From Octopus vulgaris (Eukaryota): DNA of 64,000 nt. The position numbers and the translations under genes are program-made. Each line of letters begins with the position of its first letter. The first letter of the stretch is position 1. The notes under the pieces were generated by a model. The model was not told the origin of the DNA. It made no database searches and was given only the letters and a program-made list of their open reading frames with translations. The DNA lies in assembly GCA_951406725.2 (NCBI GenBank), contig OX597815.1, forward strand, positions 38,130,001 through 38,194,000, in the 5' to 3' direction. Positions 11,800 through 25,370 of this stretch are shown piece after piece.

Positions 11800-13709
11800 G
11801 TATCTCTCTGTGAGGGTATATCTCGCTGAACACAAATCCTTTTTCTTTTGTTTTGACAATTTCTGATTATTTTCCTTTCAAATATTAAAATATAGATATA
11901 AATGTATAAACTGAAAATAAAGGAATGATACTATACACATAACAGAAGGTAAAGACAAAATGCACTACTACAGTTTTTCAATGAATACTTCAAAAGTACT
12001 GTCTATGCAACAATGTGCATAACATTCAAATAAAATTTTAAGAACGCTTTTTAATCTTCGAACGTCCTCATTCTTTTTATTTTCATAATCAATCGTGCAC
12101 TAATTCGCTTTCACTTTCATTCATGCAATTAAAAAACACAAATAACCAATTTCTGTATTAATTCCCTGAACATGGATCAATTTATTTGACAATGTTATCG
12201 TATAATTAAGCTTCTATTTTCTTCATTTCGATGGTCTCTGTTTAACGGTATTTCGCTGGGCTCTCAAATAATTAACAGCTATTTGTAACGAGTTTTCTAA
12301 ATGTTTGTCATTTAACCTTTGACATTTAACGATAGTTAATTTCCATGTAGCATCCACGGGTATTAATCACAATGAGGAGATTTCACGTTTCCGCTCAAGA
12401 ATCTATAATAGTTTGTGGATATTTTTTTGAAACTTACGTTTTCTGTTTTTTTGTTTTTTTTTTCATTGGCCTGATTCACACAGAACAGAAGTATTTTGGT
12501 GTCAATAGAATTGACCATTGACTCCCGTTGAAAGAAAACTCAAATCAAACTTCCTGTTGTTTAGTTTCAAAATTGTTAATTACTTACTAGACTAATCCAA
12601 CGTCAAACCTTTATATTTTTACTAAATTAAAATCATCTTCGACTTTGAACTTTACACCAACACACTTAAATTATTCTCTTACTATATTTTCAGCTGTTTA
12701 ATAACAAAACTCGGTCTATAAAGGTCTTTCTCTGTTTCACAAATTAATATAATTTATAATTATCAGTTTTGACATTTGTTGTTTCTCTTTCTTTTCATCC
12801 TATATTTTCAATTAATTTCACTCCCAATTTATTATTTAGATGTTTTTATAGCTTTAATATCAATTATGTTCAGATTTAGTTTTCTATTTAAATGTTTATT
12901 TTATGTTCAAGACTTAACATTTATTGAATTCAGCTGAAACGTTTCTAACCTTATCCTTCAATTGTGTATGTAATATACCATGAATAATTCGAATGCTATA
13001 TTATCTGAATACGTGCTTCAACCTTTAAAAAGAAATTGTAAAAACGCGGATATAATTAATTTGAAATGCTAGAATTTTAAAATCCTACAGAAATATACTT
13101 ACAGCACCTGATTAAACTCAAACAAATAGGCATTTAAAAAAAAATACAACTAAATTAAACATATATAAGTGAATGGGCGTATTCAAATCAATAACGTTTC
13201 ACTGGAATATATCTATGTTACCTCATTCATTCTAACAATTGTGCAAGAGAAATAACCAAGTTGATAATGCATTGGATTTTCAAAATGTGCTTCAATCCTG
13301 TGCAGAAAGAAGGATTGCAGATACTATTGAAACAACATTAGAAATAGCAGTAGACCAGACATAATGTCGACACAGTCAAGGGAAAGAAGGGAACATGTAA
13401 AACAGTACTAAAATGCGCGGAAGATATCTCAAGACAAAATAATATGAACAAATAAATAAATTACTTTGGGAGAAGTCTTTATATAATTACATATCGGCCT
13501 TAGGAATCCTCCTACATTATTACTCCCCTGATAGTATTAAACTTTCTATCTATTTAGAAGTGGAATCTATTAGAATTTTAGATAAGGAAATTTCCTGTAT
13601 CTAATTGTGCTACTGACTCACTACACGTCTTGTTGGTGTTTGCTACATTAATTTATTTACATTAATTTACATTATTATTATTTATGTAGTTATATCATTT
13701 CACCTCTGC

Positions 13710-14150
13710 TAAGGCGGCGATCTGGCAGAATCGTTAGCGCGCCGGGCGAAATGCTTAGCGGTATTTCGTCTGCCGTTACGTTCTGAGTTCAAATTCCGCC
13801 GAGGTCGATTTTGCCTTTCATCCTTTCGGGCTCGATAAATTAAGCACCAGTTACGCACTGGGGTCGATGTAATCGACTTAATCCCGTTGTCTGTCCTTGT
13901 TTGTCCCCTCTATGTTTAGCCCTTTGTGGGCAATAAAGAAATAAGAAACGTTAGCACGCCGAATAAAGAAATAGGTTAGCGGTATTTCATTTGCCTTTCC
14001 GTTCTGAGTTCAAATTCCTATGACATCAACTTTGTCTTTCATCCTTCCGAGGTCTATAAGACGAATATCTAGTTGAGCATTGGGACTGGTTTAATTGAAC
14101 CTCCCTTCCGTCGGAGTTACTGGCCTTCTGCCAAACTTTGAAACCATTAT
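13710..14150 (+). mobile_element. SINE family B copy followed by a partial, more diverged second copy
   Basis: Full copy 13710-13945. The head motif AACGTTAGCACGCCG and a second GTTCTGAGTTCAAATTCC..TTTCATCCTTCCGAGGTC run to ~14150. Confidence 0.85.
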
Positions 14151-14826
14151 TTCACTTCTGTTTTTTTCTTCTTTCTTCCTAAATTTGCTTCCTGTTTATC
14201 TAATTATTGAAAATCTCGTCTCTCATATTGTATTACTATATTTTTGTTTGTATTAGCGTCTTTTAATTATTGGCATAGTAGGTTAGCACACTAGACAGTA
14301 TGCTTTGCTATGTTTAATTACGACGCTTTACATTTATGGATTTATGTCTATTTTCCACAAATTTCATTTTTGTGTTTCATACTTCAAGGACTGATAAAAT
14401 AACTTATCACCATTCAAGTATTGTAGACTTTTAATCAGCCTCGCTGGCATCAAGTATTTCGATATATTCATTATTTTTCATTTACGATGTGTATTTATCA
14501 ATCAATGACCAATATATATTCAATCAGTGATCCTTTTCATAGTTTCTCCCCACAAAATTTTGTTAGACTTTCTTGTTTCCGACTTAATTATTTAGGAAAG
14601 TGTTTCTACATATTAGTCATCGTTAAATCTTTATAGAAGTTCTTAATTAGAACAATAATTAGAACAATACAGGATTTTCTTCTTCGCAATATGCCGATAT
14701 GTTTTATATTTTGCTTGTCGCTGATTTAATCGACTGAGAGAAAGCAAAGATTTTCTGAATTCCGTTGGGAGAAAAACCTTCACGCAAATTTGGGCATACA
14801 TACATACATACACACACATACACACA

Positions 14827-14869
<43 letters not shown>

Positions 14870-15026
14870 GCAAAATAAATTACCTTTGGCCATATAATAC
14901 AGTAAATGAATTAATTGCATCGCAATTCTTAACATTTATGTATTAACTTTGTTGGGTACTTCACTAGCAGTATATTGGATATATGTTATCCCATGGAGTG
15001 TTGCATTTACAACCACTATCTCAATT

Positions 15027-15067
<41 letters not shown>

Positions 15068-15069
<2 letters not shown>

Positions 15070-15470
15070 GGAGTGGCTGTTTGGTAAGTAGCTTGCTAAC
15101 CAACCACATGGTTCCGGGTTCAGTCCCACTGCGTGGCATCTTGGGCAAGTGTCTTCTGCTATAGCCCCGGGCCGACCAATGCCTTGTGAGTGGATTTGGT
15201 AGACGGAAACTGAAAGAAGCCTGTCGTATATATGTATATATATATATAAGTGTGTGTTCCCCTGTGTTTGTTCCCCCCTAGCATCGCTTGACAACCGATG
15301 CTGGTGTGTTTACGTCCCCGTCACTTAGCGGTTCGGCAAAAGAGACCGATAGAATAAGTACTGGGCTTACAAAAAAGAATAAGTCCCGGGGTCGATTTGC
15401 TCGACTAAAGGCGGTGCTCCAGCATGGCCGCAGTCAAATGACTGAAACAAGTAAAAAGAGTAAAAAAAAG
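15068..15470 (+). mobile_element. Full-length SINE family A
   Basis: tRNA-like head, CTTGGGCAAGTGTCTTCT core, internal (TA)(TG) tract, tail ..CAGTCAAATGACTGAAACAAGTAAAAAGAGTAAAA. Confidence 0.9.
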
Positions 15471-15506
15471 AGAAAAAAGAGAGTATATATATGTGTGTGT
15501 GTGTGG

Positions 15507-15539
<33 letters not shown>

Positions 15540-15611
15540 ACATACATATACATTTACATGCATACATATACATTTACATGCATACATATATATATATTTA
15601 TTCATTTAGTT

Positions 15612-15925
15612 GTTTACGGCTGAGTGGAGACATTAGCTCCCTTGTTCGAAGTATAAGGACGCAGTTGTGTGTCGGTAGCCAGCCGGAAAAAGATGCTCAC
15701 CTGGAGCTAAAAAACAGGGAGTATACCTCGAACAAGGCCTAGTGCCTCAATCTCTAGCCAACCATTATCCTGTGCCGATGAAGCGAAATAACCCAGAAAC
15801 AATGGTCCGCAGGTGCCGTTTAAGGCTGAGTGGAGATATTAGCTCCGTTGATCGAGGCATAAGAACGCATTTGTGCGTCGGTAGCCAAGCTGGCAAAGAT
15901 GTTTTCCTGAGGCTAAAAGATTATA
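15612..15925 (+). repeat. 1.5-mer tandem (period 206 bp) containing a hammerhead-like motif; retrozyme-like
   Basis: 15612-15716 is repeated at 15818-15923; a hammerhead fold lies at 15769-15813. Confidence 0.75.
15769..15813 (+). ncRNA. Minimal type I hammerhead ribozyme (U4C variant)
   Basis: Stem I CCUGUG/CGCAGG (6 bp); CCGAUGA 15775-15781; weak stem II; GAAAC-AAUG-GUC with cleavage predicted after 15807. Confidence 0.6.
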
Positions 15926-15989
15926 ACATCGTCCTAATCAGGACTGCCAATCTACGTTGGCAAACAGATTTTATTCTCTCCCTCTCTCT

Positions 15990-16068
<79 letters not shown>

Positions 16069-16599
16069 CTGAGATTTAATTGATATTAAAGTGGTTATTT
16101 AGTGACATTAAAATAGTAGCAGTATGTTTCAGCTAGTTATAAAGAGAAGATGTGTTGTGCAGTTTCATTTTGGACAAAAGCCACTGATACGAAACATCTT
16201 TATCAACTCATTGTTGTTAAACACAAAGTAAAATAATGTGCAATATATTCAGACTGCTAATATTTTATGGCACTTATGCACCAGCAGTAGAATTGAACCA
16301 ATAGAAATTCTGTGTTAACAAGTAACAAACTGCAAACCCGTTGGGTTACAAGGCATCAAGCACCAACTGCTTGGTTGGTTCCAGGTTATCCCTGACTAAG
16401 CAAACTAACGATCAAATATGTTCTAGCTAATGAATCTCGAACCTCACTATCAAATGTTCTTTTATGTTGCCATCATTTAATTTAAGAGAATTTTGTTTAT
16501 TAATTTTAGCAGGTCAAACAAACAGGCGTGAATTCTTCTCTTCGGTTATCGCTGTCTGCTGTCTATTGATTCATCTAATTTTTTAATTTTTCATAACAC

Positions 16600-16810
16600 T
16601 GAGGTGGCGATTCGGTAGAATAGTTATCCCGGCGGACAAAATGCTTAGCGGCATTTTGTCCGTCTTTACGTTCTGAGTTCAGATTCCACCGAGGTTGGGT
16701 TTGCCATTCATTCTTTTGGGGTGAACAAAACAAATACCAAATGAGCCTGGAGTCGATGTAATCGACTCAATATTCATTTGCTGACCTTGTGACCAAATTT
16801 GAAACCAATA
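16600..16810 (+). mobile_element. Diverged SINE family B
   Basis: GGTGGCGATTCGGTAGAA..AAATGCTTAGCGGCATT..GTTCTGAGTTCAGATTCCACCGAGG..GTCGATGTAATCGACT. Confidence 0.8.
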
Positions 16811-17596
16811 TTTCATATAATACAGTGTAGTCAAACCAACGAGTGGATCACACACGATCACTCGTCTTCTGAGAAATTATCAGTGAAATGAAGACCTGTG
16901 TTTGATAACGTGGATGCACCGTTGCTTGTAAAAGATGAAATGGTTGCCACTAGAAAGCCTTTGATTAAAGTTATCATTGTTCAAAACTGATCTAGGATCA
17001 TGGTATTGATATTTAACTTGTGAAACTAAATGTATATTGTTGAATAGAAAACGAAATCTTATTTTAATCAGATGTTTCCAATGGCTTTATCAATTTGATT
17101 TAACTATGAATAATCGTTAAAAAATAATCAAAATCAGAAAATTTGTTTATCATCATTAATATTATTGAGTTTTTCTGTCCTGAAGATTAATTCTACCACA
17201 CGTAATTCATCGTAAATATATTGGTTTCTTGCAGCTGGAATTGCCTGAACTGTCACATATATAAATTATTAGTTAAGGAAATATAACACAACTGACACGT
17301 CGTACTGCGCCAAGCTAGCACTTAGACAAAAACATGTCCATCATTTGGTCATAAATATATTATATAAAAGCCTTGGAGATCAGTTTGAGACACATTATAT
17401 TGACAGAATAAATCATAGAAAATGTTCCAAATATTTTCACAAGGATGTGATAATTGAATAAACTAAGAAAATTGCAAAAAGAACGGTCTTTTATGTACGT
17501 ATGTCAACAGTGAAATAATAAGGAAATCATAAACTTAGGTCTGCTCAACAGCACTCCGATCATTTGATCATAATTCCGAATTAGACTTCTTTGCAT

Positions 17597-17681
<85 letters not shown>

Positions 17682-18129
17682 TGTATATACACACATACAT
17701 ATATATATATGTGTAGATATATATGCATGTATGTATGTGTGTGAGAGAGAAAATCTCTGTGTATACATACATACAAATCAAATTTTTATGTATAAACAAT
17801 GGTGGTAGAAATAGTAAGTCTAAGACATTTTCATTTCAGAAGGAATTTAATAAAAATCATTTTAAAAAATCATTTTAAAAACTTCTATAAAGAAGATATT
17901 ACCGGTATCCATGAATCTCCTCCTATGAAGTATCAGTAAAAATATACATACATACATACATACATACATACATACATACGTACACACACACACCACACAC
18001 ACACACACATATATGTATATATATAAGATTTAGATGCCAGCTACAATATATTTCATACCTGTGATAATACAGTATTCCGACGAGCATGTATACCTGGTGT
18101 ATATTATCAGGCAGTTACACACAGACATA

Positions 18130-18170
<41 letters not shown>

Positions 18171-18593
18171 ACGTACACAAACATACACACACACAGATAC
18201 ACATGAATACGTATGTACATACGTACATGCATATGTGTGCGTGTGCGCGCGTGTGTGATAATGAACAGACTGCTAAGCGGCTGGTCCAAATCAATAATCA
18301 ATAATCAATATGCATTAAAATCAATAAAAAGGGTGCAGTGAACTTGCTGTGGGGGTGGGGTGAAAAATACATGTGGCCATAAGTATGTGCATGCCTGAAT
18401 ATGTATACACATGAGAATGGCAGGAAATAGCGGACAGGTCGTAATTCACTTGCAAATATCGGTTTAGTTTCTAATTCTTTTGTTTGCATCCTCGCTTTAA
18501 ATATAGTTTTGCATTTTTCTCCATCTCCTAATTAAACTACAATCTTTGACATTCAGTTAGGCTTCTACAAACCTGTCTGTTATTGCACATATA

Positions 18594-19153
18594 TTGGGTT
18601 GTCCGGAAAGTTCGTGCCGATTTTTAAAGGAAAGAAAAAGGTCAGTAAATACTTGCCATTACATCTTTAATCAACCAAATATGAACCATTTTGTTGTACA
18701 ATGCGTCTCCAACTTTCCTTTAACTTGAAAATGCCCACTTCCCAGATTTGAGGTGGTTTCGGGCAAAGAATTCATCAAGGTATCTTTTTACGTCATCCAA
18801 GGAATTGAAATTTTTACTATTAAGACTATTCTGCAGAGAATAAGTGGAAATCCGAAGGAGCAATATTTGGTGAATATGGAGGGTGGGTTAACACATACCA
18901 GCCGAGCTACATCAATTTTTGTCTGGTTCCCAAAGCATCAAGTACCGAAAATGAACTTTCTTATTTTCCATTTTAAAGGGTTACAGATTTAACACAGGTT
19001 ATAGGAACATAAACCTTCTTCCACGAAAAGATAGCTTAAACTGTGCGCTAAATGGAGATGCAGTAAAATCCTATTTTATGGACTCAACCATGTTCTAAAA
19101 TATGTCGAAATGTAAGCTGCTATAAATCGGCACGAACTTTCCGGAAAACCCAA
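18594..19153 (-). mobile_element. Non-autonomous mariner deletion derivative (560 bp) with TIRs and TA target duplication
   Basis: 30-bp TIR TTGGGTTGTCCGGAAAGTTCGTGCCGATTT with one mismatch, TA on both sides. The minus strand retains YSPNIAPSDFHL and GIFKLKESWRRIVQQNGSY. Confidence 0.9.
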
Positions 19154-19997
19154 TACTATAGTTGCTGTAATGAATGGAAGCTTGCACATCGTACGAGGAA
19201 TTATTAAGGACCCTTGAAATACATTGGTATGCGCTTCCTATTCAGTTGCTGAGATGAGTGAAAATACTGTCTAGATAACTTGAATAAATCGTGAATATCA
19301 AGATGTCAAATATATCCGAAGAAATCATGTGAAAACATTCAGTTCACTCTCTTCATATGCGAAATACGTAGACCAAGAAATAAAATAGCGAAAATTATGT
19401 TAATGTAGTTATAAATGACACAATCTTCGAGTCATACAAATGTAAGGGAAGTACAGAAAGATATTTTTTCAGTAGTCACGTTTGAGGGAGGGATTATTGA
19501 AGAATACATTAACAGCAAAACACGTGAATTCAGTACTAAAATATGTGCAAGTAGCTTCAAAATCATCACTATGTGCTTCCCTTCTGTCATTCATGACCGT
19601 ACGCACATTCATATACGCACAAACGTGCATACAAAGACAAGAAAATATACAAACGCATAAACACACACACACACACTCTCTTTCTTTGTCTCTCCTTATC
19701 TCCCTCTCTCTTTTTCTCTCTCTCTCTCTCTCTCACACGCACGCACGCACACACGCACACAGAATCGTACATTATAAGAGCACTGGAAGAATGAGTATTC
19801 ACGAGGAGTAAATAAATTAAAAATAACCTCAGGTAATCAAAGATTTGCTGCTGCCAAATATCAGTAATTTTTCAAACAGAATTCAATATCGAAAGGTAAA
19901 ATCTCGCATTCTTTTTCCTATTGACCTTATTATTTTACTAATTTGCTATCCTATATACTATCAAATATGCAATAGTCCCATATATGCATTTCCACAC

Positions 19998-20062
<65 letters not shown>

Positions 20063-20084
20063 ACAAAAATACGAATATATATAC

Positions 20085-20950
20085 TAGGTTCGATCAGTAA
20101 GTATCCGGACTGCTACCATAGTAACAAAGATAAAACAGAGTGAAGCCGTTTGGCACAGATTGACCATAAACTCTGCTGTGCAGGCGCACCAAGTTTTAAT
20201 GTTCTAGCTCCCTTCTACTGTTTACAGCAGTGCTTGAAAGGAAGGTGTGTAGCGTGTGATCGTGCCATTGGCCATGACAAAGAATGGTGCCATGCCGATA
20301 TCTCAGAGGCTTACGCAAATTTGCAGAAAGTCTATGAAGCGGAATTTATGAGGCGCACACAAGTGTGCGAGTGGTTCATACGTTTCCAAGATGGCCGAAA
20401 AAGGTTGATATTGACGAACGTATTGGGAGACTCATAACCAGCAGAACTGAGAAAAACATTTCAAATGTGTGTGCAACTGAAAGGGGAAATAGTTGAAACA
20501 CCTTTCGTGAGATATCAGAGGATATGCAGATTAGTTACGGTTCAATTCAGTCTGTTATCACTGAAGATTTGGGTATGGGACGCGTGTCTGTCAAGTTTGT
20601 GCCCAAACTGCTTTCAGCTGACCAAAATGCCAAACGAGTTTCAGTTGAACAAGATCTTCTTGATTGTGTCGAGAACGATGAAAACGTTTTGAAAGCTTTG
20701 CGTAGGCCATTGAGCAGGTATCACCAAGGTTGTGGCAAAATTTGATGCAGATTTTCTGCTCAACTTACTCTGACATTGTCAATGTGTCGATCACACGCTA
20801 CACACGTTCCTTCAGAGCACTACTGTAAACAGCAGAAGTGATCTAGAACGTTAAAACCTAGTGCGAATGCACAGCAGATTTTGTGGTCAATCTGTGCGAA
20901 GTGGCTTTATTCTGCGTGCTTTAACTTTGTTGCAATAACAACAATCCTGA

Positions 20951-20955
<5 letters not shown>
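20085..20955 (+). mobile_element. Mariner derivative made of two inverted 5' ends
   Basis: Plus strand encodes ..QVCEWFIRFQDGR, ITEDLGMGRVSVKFVPKLL. 20690-20955 is an inverted copy of 20090-20325, including EQKICIKFCHNLG on the minus strand. Confidence 0.85.
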
Positions 20956-20994
<39 letters not shown>

Positions 20995-21554
20995 ACATAT
21001 ATATATAATAGATATGGCTTATCCGGTATTGCTAAAATTGTTTCGTTAAGAGTATTTATCTTGACGTAAGCATAATACAGAAAGGAATGAATTATGCAAA
21101 TCATCAATATGATTACGTAATATGTTACGCAACTCACAACTCATCTGGCTCATCAAATAAACAAGCTTGATGAGGTGAGAGTCGAAAAACCTATTACATA
21201 TTCTATGGATGTATTGCATACTGGATACCTGGTCGTTCTATACTTATGTCACAATGAAGTCTCTTTACAAAGCAATACTAGTTAATTTTAATTAGGTTTT
21301 TGTGTCACGCTTAAGGTTCTACTTCTCGTTGGTTACATTTAGATATTTTTGTATACTGTTGGATTCGTGGAATACTGTGAACTTCCGTTCATAGACGCAT
21401 TCTCTGCCATGATAAAGTATTACTTGACTGTCAGTTTTGCATAATTCTCTCGACTTCATTTTTGGCGTACTACACTTTGATAAACTTCGATCTTTCTTAG
21501 GTCTCCTGTAATTAAATATGTGTGTGTGTGTGTGAGAGCGCAGATACATATATA

Positions 21555-21710
21555 TGTATTCGATGGGCTTCTTTCAGTTTCCGTCTGCTAAATCCACTGA
21601 CAATGGTTTGGTAGGCCCCTGGTTATAGTTGCAGATACATGCCCAAGGTTTCACGCAGCGGGACTGAACCTAAGACGATGAGATTGAAAAGTAAACTTCT
21701 AACCACATAT
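21555..21710 (-). mobile_element. 5' half of SINE family A
   Basis: GGGCTTCTTTCAGTTTCCGTCT..GCCCAAGG..GGGACTGAACC matches the family A head in reverse. Confidence 0.8.
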
Positions 21711-22172
21711 ATCACTTATGTTCAGGTGGTATGTATATTATCTGCACTATATACATTCTTTAATTTCATTGTGACTAACTGTCTCTTTAACTGAGCCAAT
21801 TGCTATTATTTGCCACTTAATATTTAACTAAATACGCTAGCAGAGCCATCGTATTATAATTTAATTTTTGCTTAGTTGAACTCTCTTTGACTCTATTTTT
21901 TTTTGTTCTCGCTGTAAACATGTTTGTCTAATTTATTCACAGAAGCTTTCTTAAAGTTGCACTTCATTACAGTATTATTACTGTCTTTCTCTCTATTTCT
22001 TACTGAATTAAATTTTTAATATTTTTTTCATGTTTAATTTGTAATATCCGCGCTGATTTGATTGTCATATTCTAATACGTTTCTAATGAAACAACTTCCA
22101 ACCACATTCCCCTCGGTAATTAAATAACTACGGTTACTTAGATAATTATTATATAGATGACAATTATTATAT

Positions 22173-22520
22173 AGGCGCAAGGGTGGCTGTGTGGTAAGTA
22201 GCTTGCTTACCTTGGGCAAGTGTCATCTACTATAGCCTCAGGCCGACCAAAGCCTTGTGAGTGGATTTGGTACACGGAAACTGAAAGAAGCCCGTTGTAT
22301 ATATATATATATGTGTATATACATATATATATTTGTGTATCAATGTCTGTCCCCCACCTCCCAACATCGTTTAACAATCGATGCTGGTGTCCCCGTAACT
22401 TAGTGGTTCGGTAAATAAGACCGATAGAATAAGTACTAGGCTTACAAAGAATAAGTCCTGGGGTCGATTCGTTCAGGCCGCAGTCAAATGACTGAAACAA
22501 GTAATAGAGTAAAATAGTAA
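22173..22520 (+). mobile_element. SINE family A with internal deletions (B-box lost)
   Basis: Head GGCGCAAGGGTGGCTGTGTGGTAAGTAGCTTGCTTACC joins directly to TTGGGCAAG; the tail is present. Confidence 0.85.
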
Positions 22521-22730
22521 AGGGAGTATGACAATGTTTTCACTTGAATAAAGAAAACTGCTGTGGAGCAGGCAAATGAATTGTTCGGATTATCATTCAG
22601 ACCGTTTGTTTTCCCTAAAGTTATTCCTAAAGATATTCTGTAGAACCTATAGCCAGCACTGATTTCTGCTACAACGTTTCGTATCGAGACTTCAGATGTC
22701 AATAATGAGATCGAAGACAAATGTAGGTAA

Positions 22731-22779
22731 TGAGTCATAGACCAAATTTCGGGAGTTGTTGCCCTTTCTTCAGTACTCA
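22731..22779 (-). ncRNA. Minimal type I hammerhead ribozyme, intact core
   Basis: Minus strand: UGAGUA-CUGAAGA-AA-GGG-CAACAACU-CCC-GAAA-UUUG-GUC-UAUGACUCA. Stem I is UA/UA plus UGAG/CUCA around a 3-nt bulge. Confidence 0.6.
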
Positions 22780-23170
22780 TCTAACCCACTATTGCCTCCG
22801 AACACATTGCTTACAGTGGTGTTACGTTATTGGATATACAATCTTACATATTAGACGCATTCCTGGGCTGGTATGTAAACATCAAAGATTTGTAGGTACA
22901 TGGTAACTCGTAATGCGAACACAATATTCTATACAATAAACTATAGCATATTGCGTTTGCATGACAAAGTACCACGCACATACAAATCTTTAACGTTTGT
23001 TTTCCATTCTTAATATTTTATCCTGAGCGTTCGGATTAGCCAATTTTGAAACTTATGCAACACTTTATTTGTTAGAGTTGTAACATCCAACGAATATTAT
23101 ATTGGGCTTGAATAACATTTTAAAATATGCAAATCATGAACGTGTGGATATAGTTTAGAGATCATCCATT

Positions 23171-23215
<45 letters not shown>

Positions 23216-23354
23216 GATGCACATACACACATATACATACACACATGAACACACATACACACACATACACACATACACACACATACACACGCACACACAT
23301 ACTCTGTATACTTTCCTCTCCCTCTCACAGGCACTCTCTCTCTCACGTACACAT

Positions 23355-23755
23355 ACTCTATTTTACTCTCTTTTACTTGTTTCAGTCATCTGATTGCGGC
23401 CTTGCTGGAGCACCGCATTTAGTCGAGAAAATCGACCCCAGGACTTATTCTTTGTGAGCCTACTACTTACTCTATAGATCTCCTTTGCCGAACCGCTAAG
23501 TTACGGGGACGTAAACACACCACCATCGATTGTCAAGCGATGTTGGGGGGACCAATCACAGATACATAAACACATATATACACATATATACGACGGGCTT
23601 CTTTTAGTCGCCGTCTACCAAATCAACACACAATGTTTTTGTCGGCCCGAGGCTATAATAGAAGACACTTGCCCAAGGTGCCACGCAGTGGGGCTGAATC
23701 TGGAACCATGTGGTTGGTAACCAAGCTACATACCACACAGCCACTCCTGCGTCTA
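23355..23755 (-). mobile_element. Full-length SINE family A
   Basis: Colinear with 4957-5367. Confidence 0.9.
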
Positions 23756-24783
23756 TATCTATAAATATTATCATTAACAAAAATAAATGAGCGTGAATGT
23801 AATTTATAACATTAATTTACAATTGTTTCCCCTGAATTCTATTTCATGAAAATTGCAAAATTATGCAAGAATACGTGCAATTATTGATCTCTCAGGTGTC
23901 ATTTTAACGATACGTAACGAATTAGAATCATCAGAATTAAGTGTAAAAGTCATTTGAGGCGGGTATATTTGCATGATTATATTTGCGTATTGCAAGCAAT
24001 GCAAAGCAAAGCAAGGCACTACTTTTAATTATCCGATCAAAAAGAAAAATGTAGAAAAATGAGTAGAAAAATAAAGAAGTAGAAAAAATTGGGTTTAATT
24101 TTTGCAGGCGATATAACAAATTATTCGCTTATTAACTGTTTCTATTTCAGCAAAAGAATTTTATAGCTGTGTTCGTCAATAATGTTGTTGGTGTTACTGG
24201 TGTATATTTATGTATTCCATCAACTATTTTGATAAGAAATGACGGATAGATGTTTGCAGTTGCATCACTCTGAAATCTTAGTCAGACAAGTCATGTTGGT
24301 ACAGGTGTCAGACATGGCCCCTCTATTGGTCTTGTTTATAATTATAAAAACTCTACGGATATATGTAGAATTTTGGATTTTTAGAGATAAGCAATCTCAA
24401 GATTACTATATTGTACCAGTGGGTGAACTTAACAGAGTAAACTCTAGGGTTAATACCCGAATAATATTATTATATACACACATCTAAAGATACACAGATA
24501 TACATACATATAAATAAATATATATAATACTTTGGACGGTATGTACAGTTACTTGGACATTTTTTGCCTTCTGTGTATTGTGTTGACGAAGGAAAAATAC
24601 TCATTTTTTGCTTTAATCCAAAAATTGGAACCAATTATCGTGAGGTTTTTTAATTTTCTCTCACTAGCCTCCTTTCAGTAATGTGTATAGTTTTAGATGG
24701 AGTTTTAGGTAGTTTTTTGAAGGTATTGACACTTCAAGCATGCTGGAGACAGGACGTTTACGCCCTAGCTCCCTTGATATATA

Positions 24784-24846
<63 letters not shown>

Positions 24847-25032
24847 ACATATATATATACACCACCAAGAAAGTTATAGGTTGTGAATCCAACCCACTAA
24901 GGGATAATATCTATCCAATATACTGCTGGTAGAATGCCTAATTATTAATACACAAGTGTTTTTTATTGCATTGCAATTACATTACCTAGTGTACTAAATG
25001 GGTGAAGGTAAAGAGATATTTTACCATTAATT

Positions 25033-25370
25033 TATATAGCAATAAGAACATGGAGGAGAACAATAGGTGGTTCATCAACTATTATGTTAACTTATTTATT
25101 TATTTACTAAACTGATCATTACAATAATATACATACATACAACACATTATTCTTTACATATAAGATATAAGATATAAAATATAGTCATATATAAGGATAC
25201 CAGTAATTAATATAAAAAACATGAATATAAATTGGGAAAAGAATAATATGATATATATATGTACATTATTGTAATTATCAGTTTAGTAAATAAATAAGTT
25301 AGCATAATATAATGTCTAAAAGTTGATGAACCACCTATTGTTCTCTTCCACTTTCTTATTGCTATATATA
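25033..25370. repeat. Fold-back repeat with ~100-125-bp inverted arms
   Basis: TATATAGCAATAAGAA..GAGAACAATAGGTGGTTCATCAACT..TTTACTAAACTGAT..TTACAATAAT (25033-25128) is the reverse complement of 25265-25370, apart from small indels. Confidence 0.8.

Noticed and set aside
22660-22700. Minus-strand CTGAAGT..GAAACGTTGTA
   Set aside because: A9 is altered and there is no convincing stem I or II.
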